In this document: one piece after another, positions 7,732 to 15,226 of the stretch
Position numbering within the stretch: position 1 is the first letter of the stretch
Layout of the letters: each line of letters starts with the position of its first letter
NCBI GenBank assembly: GCA_039794085.1
Contig: JBDIWC010000072.1
Coordinates: forward strand, 1 to 16,159
Direction of reading: 5' to 3'
DNA from: Gemmatimonadales bacterium
Lineage (GTDB): Bacteria; Gemmatimonadota; Gemmatimonadetes; Gemmatimonadales; GWC2-71-9
DNA length: 16,159 nucleotides
Program-made: the position numbers and the translations under genes
The notes under the pieces: generated by a model
Told to the model about the DNA's origin: nothing
The model's input: the letters and a program-made list of their open reading frames with translations, nothing else
Database searches by the model: none

Positions 7732-9335
7732 GATGCACCTGCCCTCTTCCGGGGAAGCGGCCGACAGACACCGTAGCCCCGGTACCGTCCCGCCCCCAGC
7801 ACGACCGGCCCGGCGACCGGACGGCCGAAATCGAGATAGACATGCATGTGCCGCCGTTCCGAGCCGTCCTTGCGCCGGAGCCGAGGGACCTCCCGGGCCG
7901 GCGGGGCCCCGCGGTGCCACGACACCCCGTCGAGGTCCACGTGGACCGGATCGGGTAGGCCGATCCGGGTACAGGCTGCGAGGACCATCCGGGCCACCTC
8001 CTCGCGATAGGCCGTGCGATCCTTTGCCTTGGGGTGCGTGTCGAAGACGACCGGGGTCACCGACGCCCAGACCTCCGCCCCGCGGGACGAGGCCGTCCAG
8101 ACTTCCGGCCGCAGGGTCGCCGCCGGGATCTCCCCAAGTTCAGGAATCAGGTTCCAGACCCCGAGCCGTCCGAGCGTGAGCTTATCCGTGCGTGCCAGGA
8201 GAGTGATGACAGTGCGGTATTCGGCCTCCCGCTCTGGCCAGTACTCTTCGCGCGGGAGCGCGACCCCGATCCCTTTCAGGCTGCCATCGGCGTGCTCGTG
8301 TCCCACGAAACCGAGCGGCAGGAAGGCAGCGTGAGGCCGCTCGCTCGGCGTCCCGTCGCGGTGATGCCCCGACAGGACTTCCGGCAGTCGCTCGAGCCCG
8401 AGATCCTGATCCACTCTGGCCTGCAGAGCCTTGCGCAGAACGTCCACCACGTACGGAGCCGTGACCAATTCGAGGCCGCGGAACCTGGCATCCTTCGGTT
8501 CGAGGCGCAGCACCTGGATGGCGGGGTCGAACACGGAGGCGGGGAGAGGTCCGGTCACCGGACGCCTCCGCGCATAGCTCTGCCAGAGGCCGAGGACCGG
8601 GCGCCTGCTTTCGGGCGGGGAGGCGGAGCGGCGCCAGGACACTCCGAAGGTCCGCTCGTACTCCTCCTTGAGTGCCTTCTGTTCCCGGCCCTTTGCCGCG
8701 GTGATCGCATCGCTGAGCTGTGCGAATCGTTCGACGGCTTCCCCATTGTACTCCTCGCGGAGATACTCGAGCGTCCCGGCGCCGGTGATGCGAAGACCGG
8801 CCCCCTCCTCGCCGGCCTCGGGATCCGGCGTCCAGGCCTGCAGATCGGGAGCCACCCGGTCCGCCACCCACATCTGCACCAGGGAGGACGAGTGCCCGAT
8901 GCGGGTCACCTTGGCACACAGAGCCTGAAGAGCGGCCCGGTGGCCGGCGGCCGGTTCCACATCCCACTCGAGAAAGGCCTGCTCGTCGTGCAGCCGGACC
9001 CGGGGGAAGGCACGTCCAGCACGGTCCCGTGTGAAATCCGGGGCGGACTGCAGGGGTGCCTTCGAGGGGCCCGCGGAATCGTTCACGGGGACGTAATGGG
9101 TCACCACCGTGCGGGGATCGGTGGCAGGGACATGCAGAAGAGGCGCCGACAGCGTTTCGAGCCATTCGAGTGCGTCGCGCTCCACCGGATCCTCGCCCGT
9201 TTCGAAAAACGCGGCGGCAAGCGCCATGAACACCCGGCCGGGATGCGGCGGCCACTCGGCCGACTCCCGGTCGGCGGGATCGGTGGCCACGGCGTATCCG
9301 GTCAGGTATCGAATACCCAGGACGAGAGAGGACAT
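7728..9335 (-). CDS. csb2: Csb2 (Cas5/Cas6 fusion RAMP)
   Basis: About 535 aa with N-terminal EWPPHPGRVFMAL and VTRIGHSSSLV, then WASVTPVV and the C-terminal Gly-rich loop GPVVLGAGRYRGYGVC. Start is ATG 9335 (or GTG 9338) after GAGGAGG. Confidence 0.93.
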   Translation of the reverse strand: MSSLVLGIRYLTGYAVATDPADRESAEWPPHPGRVFMALAAAFFETGEDPVERDALEWLETLSAPLLHVPATDPRTVVTHYVPVNDSAGPSKAPLQSAPDFTRDRAGRAFPRVRLHDEQAFLEWDVEPAAGHRAALQALCAKVTRIGHSSSLVQMWVADRVAPDLQAWTPDPEAGEEGAGLRITGAGTLEYLREEYNGEAVERFAQLSDAITAAKGREQKALKEEYERTFGVSWRRSASPPESRRPVLGLWQSYARRRPVTGPLPASVFDPAIQVLRLEPKDARFRGLELVTAPYVVDVLRKALQARVDQDLGLERLPEVLSGHHRDGTPSERPHAAFLPLGFVGHEHADGSLKGIGVALPREEYWPEREAEYRTVITLLARTDKLTLGRLGVWNLIPELGEIPAATLRPEVWTASSRGAEVWASVTPVVFDTHPKAKDRTAYREEVARMVLAACTRIGLPDPVHVDLDGVSWHRGAPPAREVPRLRRKDGSERRHMHVYLDFGRPVAGPVVLGAGRYRGYGVCRPLPRKRAGAS

Positions 9336-10600
9336 CACGCCTCCTCCTCACCGCCTTGGGAAACAGTGAGTTCCTGGCTCTTCCGAACGAGCTGAACCAT
9401 CGGCTCCGATGCCGAGAGAGAGACGGTCCCGGCCCAGGTCAGGCCGTGCTTCTGCGCGGCAGCCACGGCCTGCCTGAGCAGGGCGACGGCCTGATCGTGA
9501 TTCAGCGTGTACCGGGTGGCCGGACTCCCCGGAACATCCAGCAGCTCCCACTCCGCGGGTGCCTCGGGCCAGAGGAGGCACCGCGAACGGAGATCGAGGC
9601 CCTTGTCCATGGCGAGCGTCGAGGCGCAGAGCCCGAGAGCGGCAAGCACTGTGCGGGCGGCGGCATCCCGTTCTCCCGTACGCGAGCCCGTCGCGTCCGG
9701 GAAGCGGAAACGGCGCAGCCCGGGCAGCGAGAGAACGATAGACTGCTCGGCGTGGGAGATGGTAACACCACCGGCCAGGGGGCGGCCGGTCTCGCGGTCC
9801 ACCGCGGAGAGACTCGGTGTGATGTTCCCGTGATTCACCTGCGAGGGCTTTCCGTCCTTGATTTTCTCCGGGGCCTTTCCCTTCGTTGCGGCACTCGATT
9901 CGTCGAGGGTCCACGGGAGTGGTCCCTTGCCCTCGGCGGTACGATACACCGGTCCGGCCTTGAGCTGGATGCCGAGCGGGTCAATGCGGCTGCTGGTCCT
10001 GGTCCCGAAGCTCGCGTTCACGCCGACGATTTCGGACACGAGCACCCGCGCGAACTTGGCGCCCAAGCCGCCGCGGGGGCCCGTCGAGTCCCAGAGGCCG
10101 AAGACCAGGGCGGTCGGGCAGTACTCGTAGAGGGCGGTGGCGTGCTGCAGGGTGCAGCGCGAGAGGCGCAGCCCGATCTCGCTCTGGGCGAACGGGACGC
10201 CATCGAGGAGGCTGTCGCGGAGAATGGCATCGGCCGAGCGGTGGGGAGCCTGGAGGCTGGTGACGCGGCCCACAGGCTGGAGGAGCTGATCATCGGGAAA
10301 GCGGACTTCGAGCAGGGGGAGCGGGATCTCGCCGGCGTCCACGGCATCCTGGAGAGCCTCCTCCATCCGGTTGGCGCTGGACTGCACTGCGTCCAGGAGG
10401 ACGCAGGGGACCACCTGCTCCTGGCCGCTGGCGTCCCGGACCCGGCGTTCCTCCACGGCGTACACGGCTCCGGCGTATGTTGGGGGAAAGACCTTGTCGC
10501 CGGGACCGCCGGCGGGATGGAGGGTGCGCCTGCAGCGGAACGCGGCCGCAGTACCTGACACGGCCCGCTGGAGGGTTTCGAGGGAGAGCGGTTCGGCCAT
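9335..10600 (-). CDS. cas7: Csb1 / Cas7g backbone subunit
   Basis: 421 aa from ATG 10600 with an AAGGAG SD. Motifs KVFPPTYAG, LLDAVQSSANRMEEAL, APHRSADAILRD, PTALVFGLWDS and DLRSRCLL are typical of Csb1. Confidence 0.95.
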   Translation of the reverse strand: MAEPLSLETLQRAVSGTAAAFRCRRTLHPAGGPGDKVFPPTYAGAVYAVEERRVRDASGQEQVVPCVLLDAVQSSANRMEEALQDAVDAGEIPLPLLEVRFPDDQLLQPVGRVTSLQAPHRSADAILRDSLLDGVPFAQSEIGLRLSRCTLQHATALYEYCPTALVFGLWDSTGPRGGLGAKFARVLVSEIVGVNASFGTRTSSRIDPLGIQLKAGPVYRTAEGKGPLPWTLDESSAATKGKAPEKIKDGKPSQVNHGNITPSLSAVDRETGRPLAGGVTISHAEQSIVLSLPGLRRFRFPDATGSRTGERDAAARTVLAALGLCASTLAMDKGLDLRSRCLLWPEAPAEWELLDVPGSPATRYTLNHDQAVALLRQAVAAAQKHGLTWAGTVSLSASEPMVQLVRKSQELTVSQGGEEEA

Positions 10601-10631
10601 ATGGATCTCCTTGAAGTGATGGTGACTCTCG

Positions 10632-10653
10632 AATCTGGGATGGGGGTGTGACA
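10632..10653 (-). promoter_or_regulatory. Putative promoter of the interference operon: TGTCAC-N10-CAGATT
   Basis: Minus strand reads TGTCAC ACCCCCATCC CAGATT. It shares the 11-mer TGTCACACCCC and its spacing with the cas4/1 upstream region. Confidence 0.5.
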
Positions 10654-10738
10654 GGGCGCGGTCAGCGGGAGCCCCAAGGCCATTGAGACGGCTTCGGCCC
10701 AGGAAAACTCCGGAGCGCCGCCAGACTCCGTAGCAAGA

Positions 10739-10820
10739 GGATGGCGCACGGAAGATGTAGACTGTGGAGAGGGCGACCCCCCAGTACTCCAACGAGCTTC
10801 AATGGGGCCGTGCGCAATCC
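10739..10820 (-). ncRNA. Putative crRNA-like RNA: two half-repeats flanking a 39-nt spacer-like segment
   Basis: 10796-10809 GCTTCAATGGGGCC is identical to 14 nt of the array repeat, in the same orientation. 10750-10756 GGAAGAT resembles the other repeat end GGAAAT. 10739-10751 and 10808-10820 form a 13-bp inverted repeat with 1 mismatch. Confidence 0.6.
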
Positions 10821-10969
10821 AGCCGTCATGAGGGAGTGTCCCGCCTTCTTAGCTGTTTTGGAGCATCGGAACGTGGCCCGGAGCGCTGCTGGTGGATCGC
10901 CGGCCTCACGCTCCCAAGGTAGGCCCTACCGCGCCAACCCTGAGCACGGCACCTGGCCACCCTGATAAC

Positions 10970-11003
10970 CTCTCTCTTCTCACTCCTCTCCCCTCACTCC
11001 TCC
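10970..11003. repeat. CT-rich heptamer tract; 24-bp exact direct repeat with 12899-12922
   Basis: TCACTCCTCTCCCCTCACTCCTCC occurs at 10980-11003 and 12899-12922. Confidence 0.85.
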
Positions 11004-11925
11004 GCCGGCTGGCGGGTCGAATTCCCAGCGCAGGACATGGTCATAGAGTGCCGTTCGGCGCACCTCCGCATTCTCCCTCTCCGGATCGAAGGGGAGGTCC
11101 TGGACGACGGGGTATTCGCGCCGCTCCGCCAACCCGAGGCGCTCGAAGAGCTCGAAGACGGCGAGCTTGACGATGTGCCGGAGAAAGGTCTCCCCCATCT
11201 GCTCGGCAAACTGCTCCCGGGTCCACGGCGGCATGAGGAGGCCCGCGCACTGAAACGCCGGGCGCCACTCCACCGGGACCCGTCCCAGGGCCCACAGGAC
11301 GAACGGGGCGATGCGGGGCAGTTCCATCACGCCGTTGGTCTGCGCGTCGAAGGTGGCCGTCATGACGTTGTCCCACCCCCGGCGCCCCAGGATGTACGTC
11401 ACCAGACGCTGGTAGAGGAGCCCCGCGCGCTCGGGACGGACCACATCGCTGCCCAGAGGGGTGAGACGGAAGACGCCCCCCGCTCAGCTCGATCAGCTCC
11501 AGGGCATGCGCGTGAGCCCGGAGCGCCTGGAGGGGGCGGAACTCGTTCTCGTGCACGATCTCCGGAATGCTCTGACGGACCTCCTCCGCTTCCTCTCCCG
11601 GCCAGGTCAACTCGCCGAGGAGGGTGTCCACGAACGCCGGGTCCAGGTACCCTGCGCTCGTCGCGGGGACCGTACCCCGGGCACCGATGCCGGCGACCAG
11701 GACATGGAGGTCGGCAAAGAGCGGGGAGAGCCGGAGGAGCTCGATCGACACATCCGCCCGCAGGGAGAGGGGACCCGACCCGTTCCAGTCACCGTGGACG
11801 AGTGCGCGCGTCTGGGCCGGCGAAAGGCCGAAGAGCTCGGGGCGGGGCGCATGGTCGTGCGCATCCCACCAGTGGTGGGCCCCGCCCCCGGATCGGGGCG
11901 GGCCTTCCCGCGCCCGGTCTATCAT
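10980..11925 (-). pseudogene. Hypothetical protein of about 315 aa split by a single frameshift
   Basis: Protein-like sequence in ORF 11041..11934 runs up to ELIELSGG and continues as VFRLTPLGSDVVRPERAGLLY in the frame of ORF 10980..11444. Deleting one base from the C6 run at 11476-11481 joins them. Likely start is ATG 11925 (GGAG upstream) or GTG 11934. Confidence 0.65.
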
Positions 11926-11992
11926 GGCATCCACTCCGTATCAGGGTCTTCAGGAGAAACAAGGGTCTCGATCAGCACCCACGTCGCGAGGG

Positions 11993-12241
11993 TCATGACG
12001 CCAGCTCTTCTTCGTGGTCGATGTATCTCCGCACGATCAGCTGAGCGTGCGGATCATGCCCCTCGGGTTCGCAGTAGCGGAACCCCATGACGTCGACTCC
12101 GTCGCCGGGACGGACGAACATGAGGTCGGGGAGGAGCACTCCCCGCTCCCGCACGACCCGGACACCGTAAGGCCGTGCGGCCTCGCTCAGGAGGCGGAGG
12201 ACGCGCTGCGGCTCTGTTTCCGCCGGCGGATGGTGGGTCAC
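11993..12241 (-). CDS. Small hypothetical protein (82 aa)
   Basis: Protein-like 3' part of ORF 11993..12574, from GTG 12241 preceded by GGAG. No recognisable family. Confidence 0.5.
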   Translation of the reverse strand: MTHHPPAETEPQRVLRLLSEAARPYGVRVVRERGVLLPDLMFVRPGDGVDVMGFRYCEPEGHDPHAQLIVRRYIDHEEELAS

Positions 12242-12357
12242 GCTCGCTCCACGGTGGGCAGGTTTCCGGTCGCCTGCTCCGGCAGATCCCACGGGGACCC
12301 GCCGAGTGCAATTCGATTCAACGTGGCGGGTCGGGTTGCGATGGTCAAGTGCGAAGA

Positions 12358-12442
12358 GAAGTTTGAAGTTCGAAGTTTGAAGGAGGAAAACGAGGCCATT
12401 GGCCTGCGGCTCGGGTTGTCTCCGGAGAGAAGCTCGAAGTTC
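12358..12442. repeat. GAAGTTY heptamer tracts
   Basis: GAAGTTT GAAGTTC GAAGTTT GAAGGAG (12358-12385) and GAAGCTC GAAGTTC (12429-12442). Confidence 0.7.
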
Positions 12443-12459
12443 GAGAAAGAGCCCAAGAC

Positions 12460-12488
12460 TTGCCGTATTCACCATTTGGCGATAGCCT
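12460..12488 (+). promoter_or_regulatory. Putative leaderless sigma70 promoter
   Basis: TTGCCG-N17-TAGCCT lies 7 nt before ATG 12496. Confidence 0.65.
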
Positions 12489-12495
12489 GCATTCC

Positions 12496-12732
12496 ATGAA
12501 GCGCGCCACCGTGACGATCCCCGACGACATCGCGCCCGCCCTCCGCGCCTACCTAGCCGACCGGCGGCCGACACCCCCGCTCACCGCCGTCGTGCACGAT
12601 GCCCTCGCGGCCTTCCTCACCGAGCGCGGGTACCTGCCGGGCCGGCTCACGCGTCTCCGGCTGACACCGGCGCGGCGCGGCAGCGGGACCCGCTCCACCA
12701 GCACCGGCCACGACGCCGTTCTGGCGGAGTGA
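12496..12732 (+). CDS. Ribbon-helix-helix (CopG-like) antitoxin
   Basis: 78 aa. MKRATVTIPDDIAPALRAYL...LTAVVHDALAAFL fits the RHH pattern, and the gene is followed by a PIN-domain remnant. Confidence 0.75.
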   Translation: MKRATVTIPDDIAPALRAYLADRRPTPPLTAVVHDALAAFLTERGYLPGRLTRLRLTPARRGSGTRSTSTGHDAVLAE

Positions 12733-12848
12733 CCTGCCCTGCGACCCCGGGTCGTCCTGGCTGACGCCGGCCCACTGTACGCCGCCGTGGACCCCGATGA
12801 TCAGTGCCAAGGTGTGGCAGCCGGACGACTGAGACGCGACCCCGTCAC
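12729..12848 (+). pseudogene. Truncated vapC (PIN N-terminus only)
   Basis: The frame at 12748 reads RVVLADAGPLYAAVDPDDQCQGVA, a VapC-like start. It is out of frame with the GTG overlapping the antitoxin stop and runs into the palindrome at 12849. Confidence 0.7.
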
Positions 12849-12922
12849 GAGAAGAGAGGGAAGAGGAGTGAGAAGTGAGATCGATCGTCTCTCTCTCTTC
12901 ACTCCTCTCCCCTCACTCCTCC
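12849..12922. repeat. Imperfect palindrome built from GA/CT heptamers
   Basis: Left arm GAGAAGAGAGGGAAGAGGAGTGAGAAGTGAGA, loop TCGATCG, right arm TCTCTCTCTCTTCACTCCTCTCCCCTCACTCCTCC. Confidence 0.85.
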
Positions 12923-14307
12923 AGGACCGGTCGGTCCAACCCGAGATCGTCCCAGAGCCATCCCAGGTCAATGGCCGGCCGGCCCTCCCGCCGGTCGCGC
13001 TCCATGTGGGATTCGAAATCCTTGAGCAGTGACACCACCTTGGCTCGCTGGGTCTTGAGCCGGACGGCGTGGCGGGGAGTGCGCCCGTCCAGCGCGGGGA
13101 GAGGATGGTCGGGCCAGGTGCGGTAGTGCTGCTCCAGGAAGCCCATCATCACCTCCCGTTCCTCCGGCGCAATTTCCACGTCCGCTCTGTTCGCCGGTGG
13201 CGGCGGCCGATGGGCCAGAACCTGGTCCAGAGTCTCGATGCGGGACGCCCGATACCGGACCGCATCCCCCAGGGCCTTTTCCAGAAGCTTCCGGCCCCGC
13301 TCCGCCCGGGGCTCCGACATGGTCTCCAGAACGAGACGGTTCCCTTCCAGCTCGACCCGGCCCAGCACCCGGCCGATCGGCCCGTCCGATTCGGTCCAGA
13401 TAAACACGCTCCCGCCCTCTTCCTCGGCCTGAAGCTCGGGGTGCTCCGCCAGCCGCGAAGTCACTCCTGCGGGATCGGGAACGTCGAAGACCGCCTTGGT
13501 GAAGACGATCGGATCCCCACCCGCTGCCGTGACGATCACGGGATCGGGCCGCATCACAACGTGGTCGAGCCAGAGGTGATGAAAGCGCGCCCCCAGGAGC
13601 TTGGACACGGCCAGGTCATCGGCCCCCGGGTGACTCCGGCGAATCTCCCTCGTGTGCCGGTCGAGGTCGTGCAGAATCTCCTCCCGGGCGCCCTGAGGAT
13701 AGAGAAAGGAGATGCCCTCCACCACCAACGTCTCCCCGGGCCCGGAAACCACCCGCAGGCCGAGAAGATCCCACCGGGCGACCTGCCGGGTCGCCAGCCG
13801 TTCCGTGACCCGGACGGTCCTGTCGGCGGCGAGGTCGCGCAGGGTAAGTCCGCAATCGAGCTCGACCTCCTGAACCTCGTAGAGCCGGACCGCGCTTCCG
13901 CTCATCAACTCGAGCCAGGCCCGTTCGCCCGGAGTGATGTCGGCCCCGAGCCAGGTGAGAAACCGGCGGGCAAGAGTCCTCCCACCCTCCTCTCCAGGCT
14001 CCACGAAGTCGAAGGCGAGCCAGGTCGTAAAGGCGGCAAGAGACTCGTCCTCCCCCTCGGCGAGCCGGGAGTCCTCCCGCAGCGCGGAGAGGGCCCGCTT
14101 CACCCCGAACTGATCCGCGGCACGCCGCCCCCGTTCGCGAAAATGCGGGCGCTCGCCGAATCGAAGAAGCTTGGTCATGGCGCTGATGCGGTCGCCGGGG
14201 GAGTACGCGCCGACGAGGGGGATGACGGATGTGGTGCGCAGGCAGCAGTGCTTGTGCTTGCGACCCGAACCACAGGGACAGGGAGCGTTGCGACCGGGGG
14301 GGGACAT
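12913..14307 (-). CDS. SEC-C motif protein with C-terminal Xre/MbcA/ParS-antitoxin-like domain
   Basis: 464 aa. N-terminal GRNAPCPCGSGRKHKHCC is a SEC-C motif, and the C-terminus has WPDHPLPALDGRTPRHAV. Upstream TACCTT-6nt-ATG suggests a leaderless start. Confidence 0.85.
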   Translation of the reverse strand: MSPPGRNAPCPCGSGRKHKHCCLRTTSVIPLVGAYSPGDRISAMTKLLRFGERPHFRERGRRAADQFGVKRALSALREDSRLAEGEDESLAAFTTWLAFDFVEPGEEGGRTLARRFLTWLGADITPGERAWLELMSGSAVRLYEVQEVELDCGLTLRDLAADRTVRVTERLATRQVARWDLLGLRVVSGPGETLVVEGISFLYPQGAREEILHDLDRHTREIRRSHPGADDLAVSKLLGARFHHLWLDHVVMRPDPVIVTAAGGDPIVFTKAVFDVPDPAGVTSRLAEHPELQAEEEGGSVFIWTESDGPIGRVLGRVELEGNRLVLETMSEPRAERGRKLLEKALGDAVRYRASRIETLDQVLAHRPPPPANRADVEIAPEEREVMMGFLEQHYRTWPDHPLPALDGRTPRHAVRLKTQRAKVVSLLKDFESHMERDRREGRPAIDLGWLWDDLGLDRPVLEE

Positions 14308-14323
14308 GAGGGGAAGGTACGGC

Positions 14324-14437
14324 CTGTAGGCGGTAGACGGTAGGCGATGGGCGGTGGGGCGGTGGGGCGAATGTCCTGCGTCCTATGTCCTATAATGTCC
14401 TATGTCCTGTGTCCTGTGTCCTGTGTCCAGCATCCTG
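14324..14437. repeat. Two adjacent heptamer tracts (CGGTRGG-like x6; TGTCCTR-like x9)
   Basis: 14324-14366 reads CTGTAGG CGGTAGA CGGTAGG CGATGGG CGGTGGG g CGGTGGG. 14372-14437 consists of TGTCCTG/TGTCCTA units. Confidence 0.85.
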
Positions 14438-14618
14438 TGGGAGGAGCCTTGGGCAATGGCCGACTCCAGGCGCCGGCCAGTTCCTCCATCTCCTCCAGGG
14501 ACTCGATCACGCGGGTCAGAGACTCGGCAGCCCAGCGACGGAGCTGCTCCCGGCGCACACCCTCGAATGTGGTGCCGCTCCAATCCACGCCCGCCAGGTT
14601 TTCCGGGAGATGGTTCAC
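14400..14618 (-). CDS. Small protein coupled to the nucleotidyltransferase (putative TA-like partner)
   Basis: 72 aa. The GTG overlaps the upstream stop, and DWSGTTFEGVRREQLRRWAAESLTRVIESLEEMEEL looks helical. The C-terminal tail is encoded by the heptamer tract. Confidence 0.65.
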   Translation of the reverse strand: MNHLPENLAGVDWSGTTFEGVRREQLRRWAAESLTRVIESLEEMEELAGAWSRPLPKAPPTGCWTQDTGHRT

Positions 14619-15115
14619 GATTCCTCCATCAACATGCGCAGGTGGTAAATGTCCGTGACATCCTGAGGCCGGTTGGCCTCCTCCTTCATCCGTATCAACG
14701 CTGGAATCCGCACCACGCGTACCACCCCCGCATCCCGCAACTCCATGTTCACGGCCGCGTCGTACTCCTCCTGGAAGGGGAACGGCTCGCTGACGAAGAC
14801 ATCAAGATTGGTTTCGCGGTGCTGGTCGCTCCAGAACTGCAGAACCTGCATGCCCTTCTGCTCGACCAGCGCCTGTCGCAGGTCCCGGTCGGCAAACTGA
14901 TCCACCGTGACCGGAACCCGCGGCCGGTATCCCACCGAGGCCAGGGCCTCGAAGGCCGCACGCACGTTGGCGGGATCCAGCCCGATCACCAGGTCGAGAT
15001 CGGCCGTGAAGCGGCGGTACCCGTGGGCATTGACGGCGACCCCCCCCACGACGAGGAATCGCACCCCCGCCTCATCGAGAGCACGAATGACCACCTGCAC
15101 GCTTCGGAGCTTCAT
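14615..15115 (-). CDS. Pol-beta-superfamily nucleotidyltransferase (minimal/AbiEii-like)
   Basis: FLVVGGVAVNAHGYRRFTADLDL (GG...DxD motif) and C-terminal KEEANRPQDVTDI. Start is ATG 15115 with GGAG upstream (alternative GTG 15124). Confidence 0.85.
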   Translation of the reverse strand: MKLRSVQVVIRALDEAGVRFLVVGGVAVNAHGYRRFTADLDLVIGLDPANVRAAFEALASVGYRPRVPVTVDQFADRDLRQALVEQKGMQVLQFWSDQHRETNLDVFVSEPFPFQEEYDAAVNMELRDAGVVRVVRIPALIRMKEEANRPQDVTDIYHLRMLMEES

Positions 15116-15226
15116 CCGCGCCACTCCGTGGTGAGAGCGCCCCGACTCGGTTCATCAGCTTGGTCAGTCATCGTGAAATCATCGTGCCATGGCCCGAATT
15201 TGGCAAACGAGTATCTGAAGTAATCT

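Noticed and set aside
514..10558. Long plus-strand ORFs (514..2592, 4804..7356, 8034..9395, 9356..10558)
   Set aside because: They are antisense shadows of cas genes, typical of high-GC codon bias, with no recognisable motifs.
10676..10689. Plus-strand GGCCATTGAGAC as a second, opposite-orientation repeat remnant
   Set aside because: Only CCATTGA (7 nt) matches the repeat end and no convincing stem precedes it.
10601..10792. 64-aa N-terminal extension of Cas7 in the ORF track (likewise extensions of Cas3 to 7920 and Cas8g to 4747)
   Set aside because: A strong SD at ATG 10600 and stop/start overlaps give better starts. The extensions are not protein-like and overlap regulatory elements or other genes.
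10757..10795. Targeting of the cas7 promoter or leader by the spacer-like segment
   Set aside because: The best local similarities seen by eye (about 453-459, 10629-10647, 10855-10869) lack a contiguous seed and TTN PAM.
13069..14343. 424-aa plus-strand ORF, and 14402..15223 plus-strand ORF
   Set aside because: They are antisense to the SEC-C and nucleotidyltransferase genes, which carry clear motifs.
14372..14437. Heptamer tracts as a second CRISPR array or attC sites
   Set aside because: There are no unique spacers between units and no recognisable RYYYAAC...GTTRRRY attC boxes.
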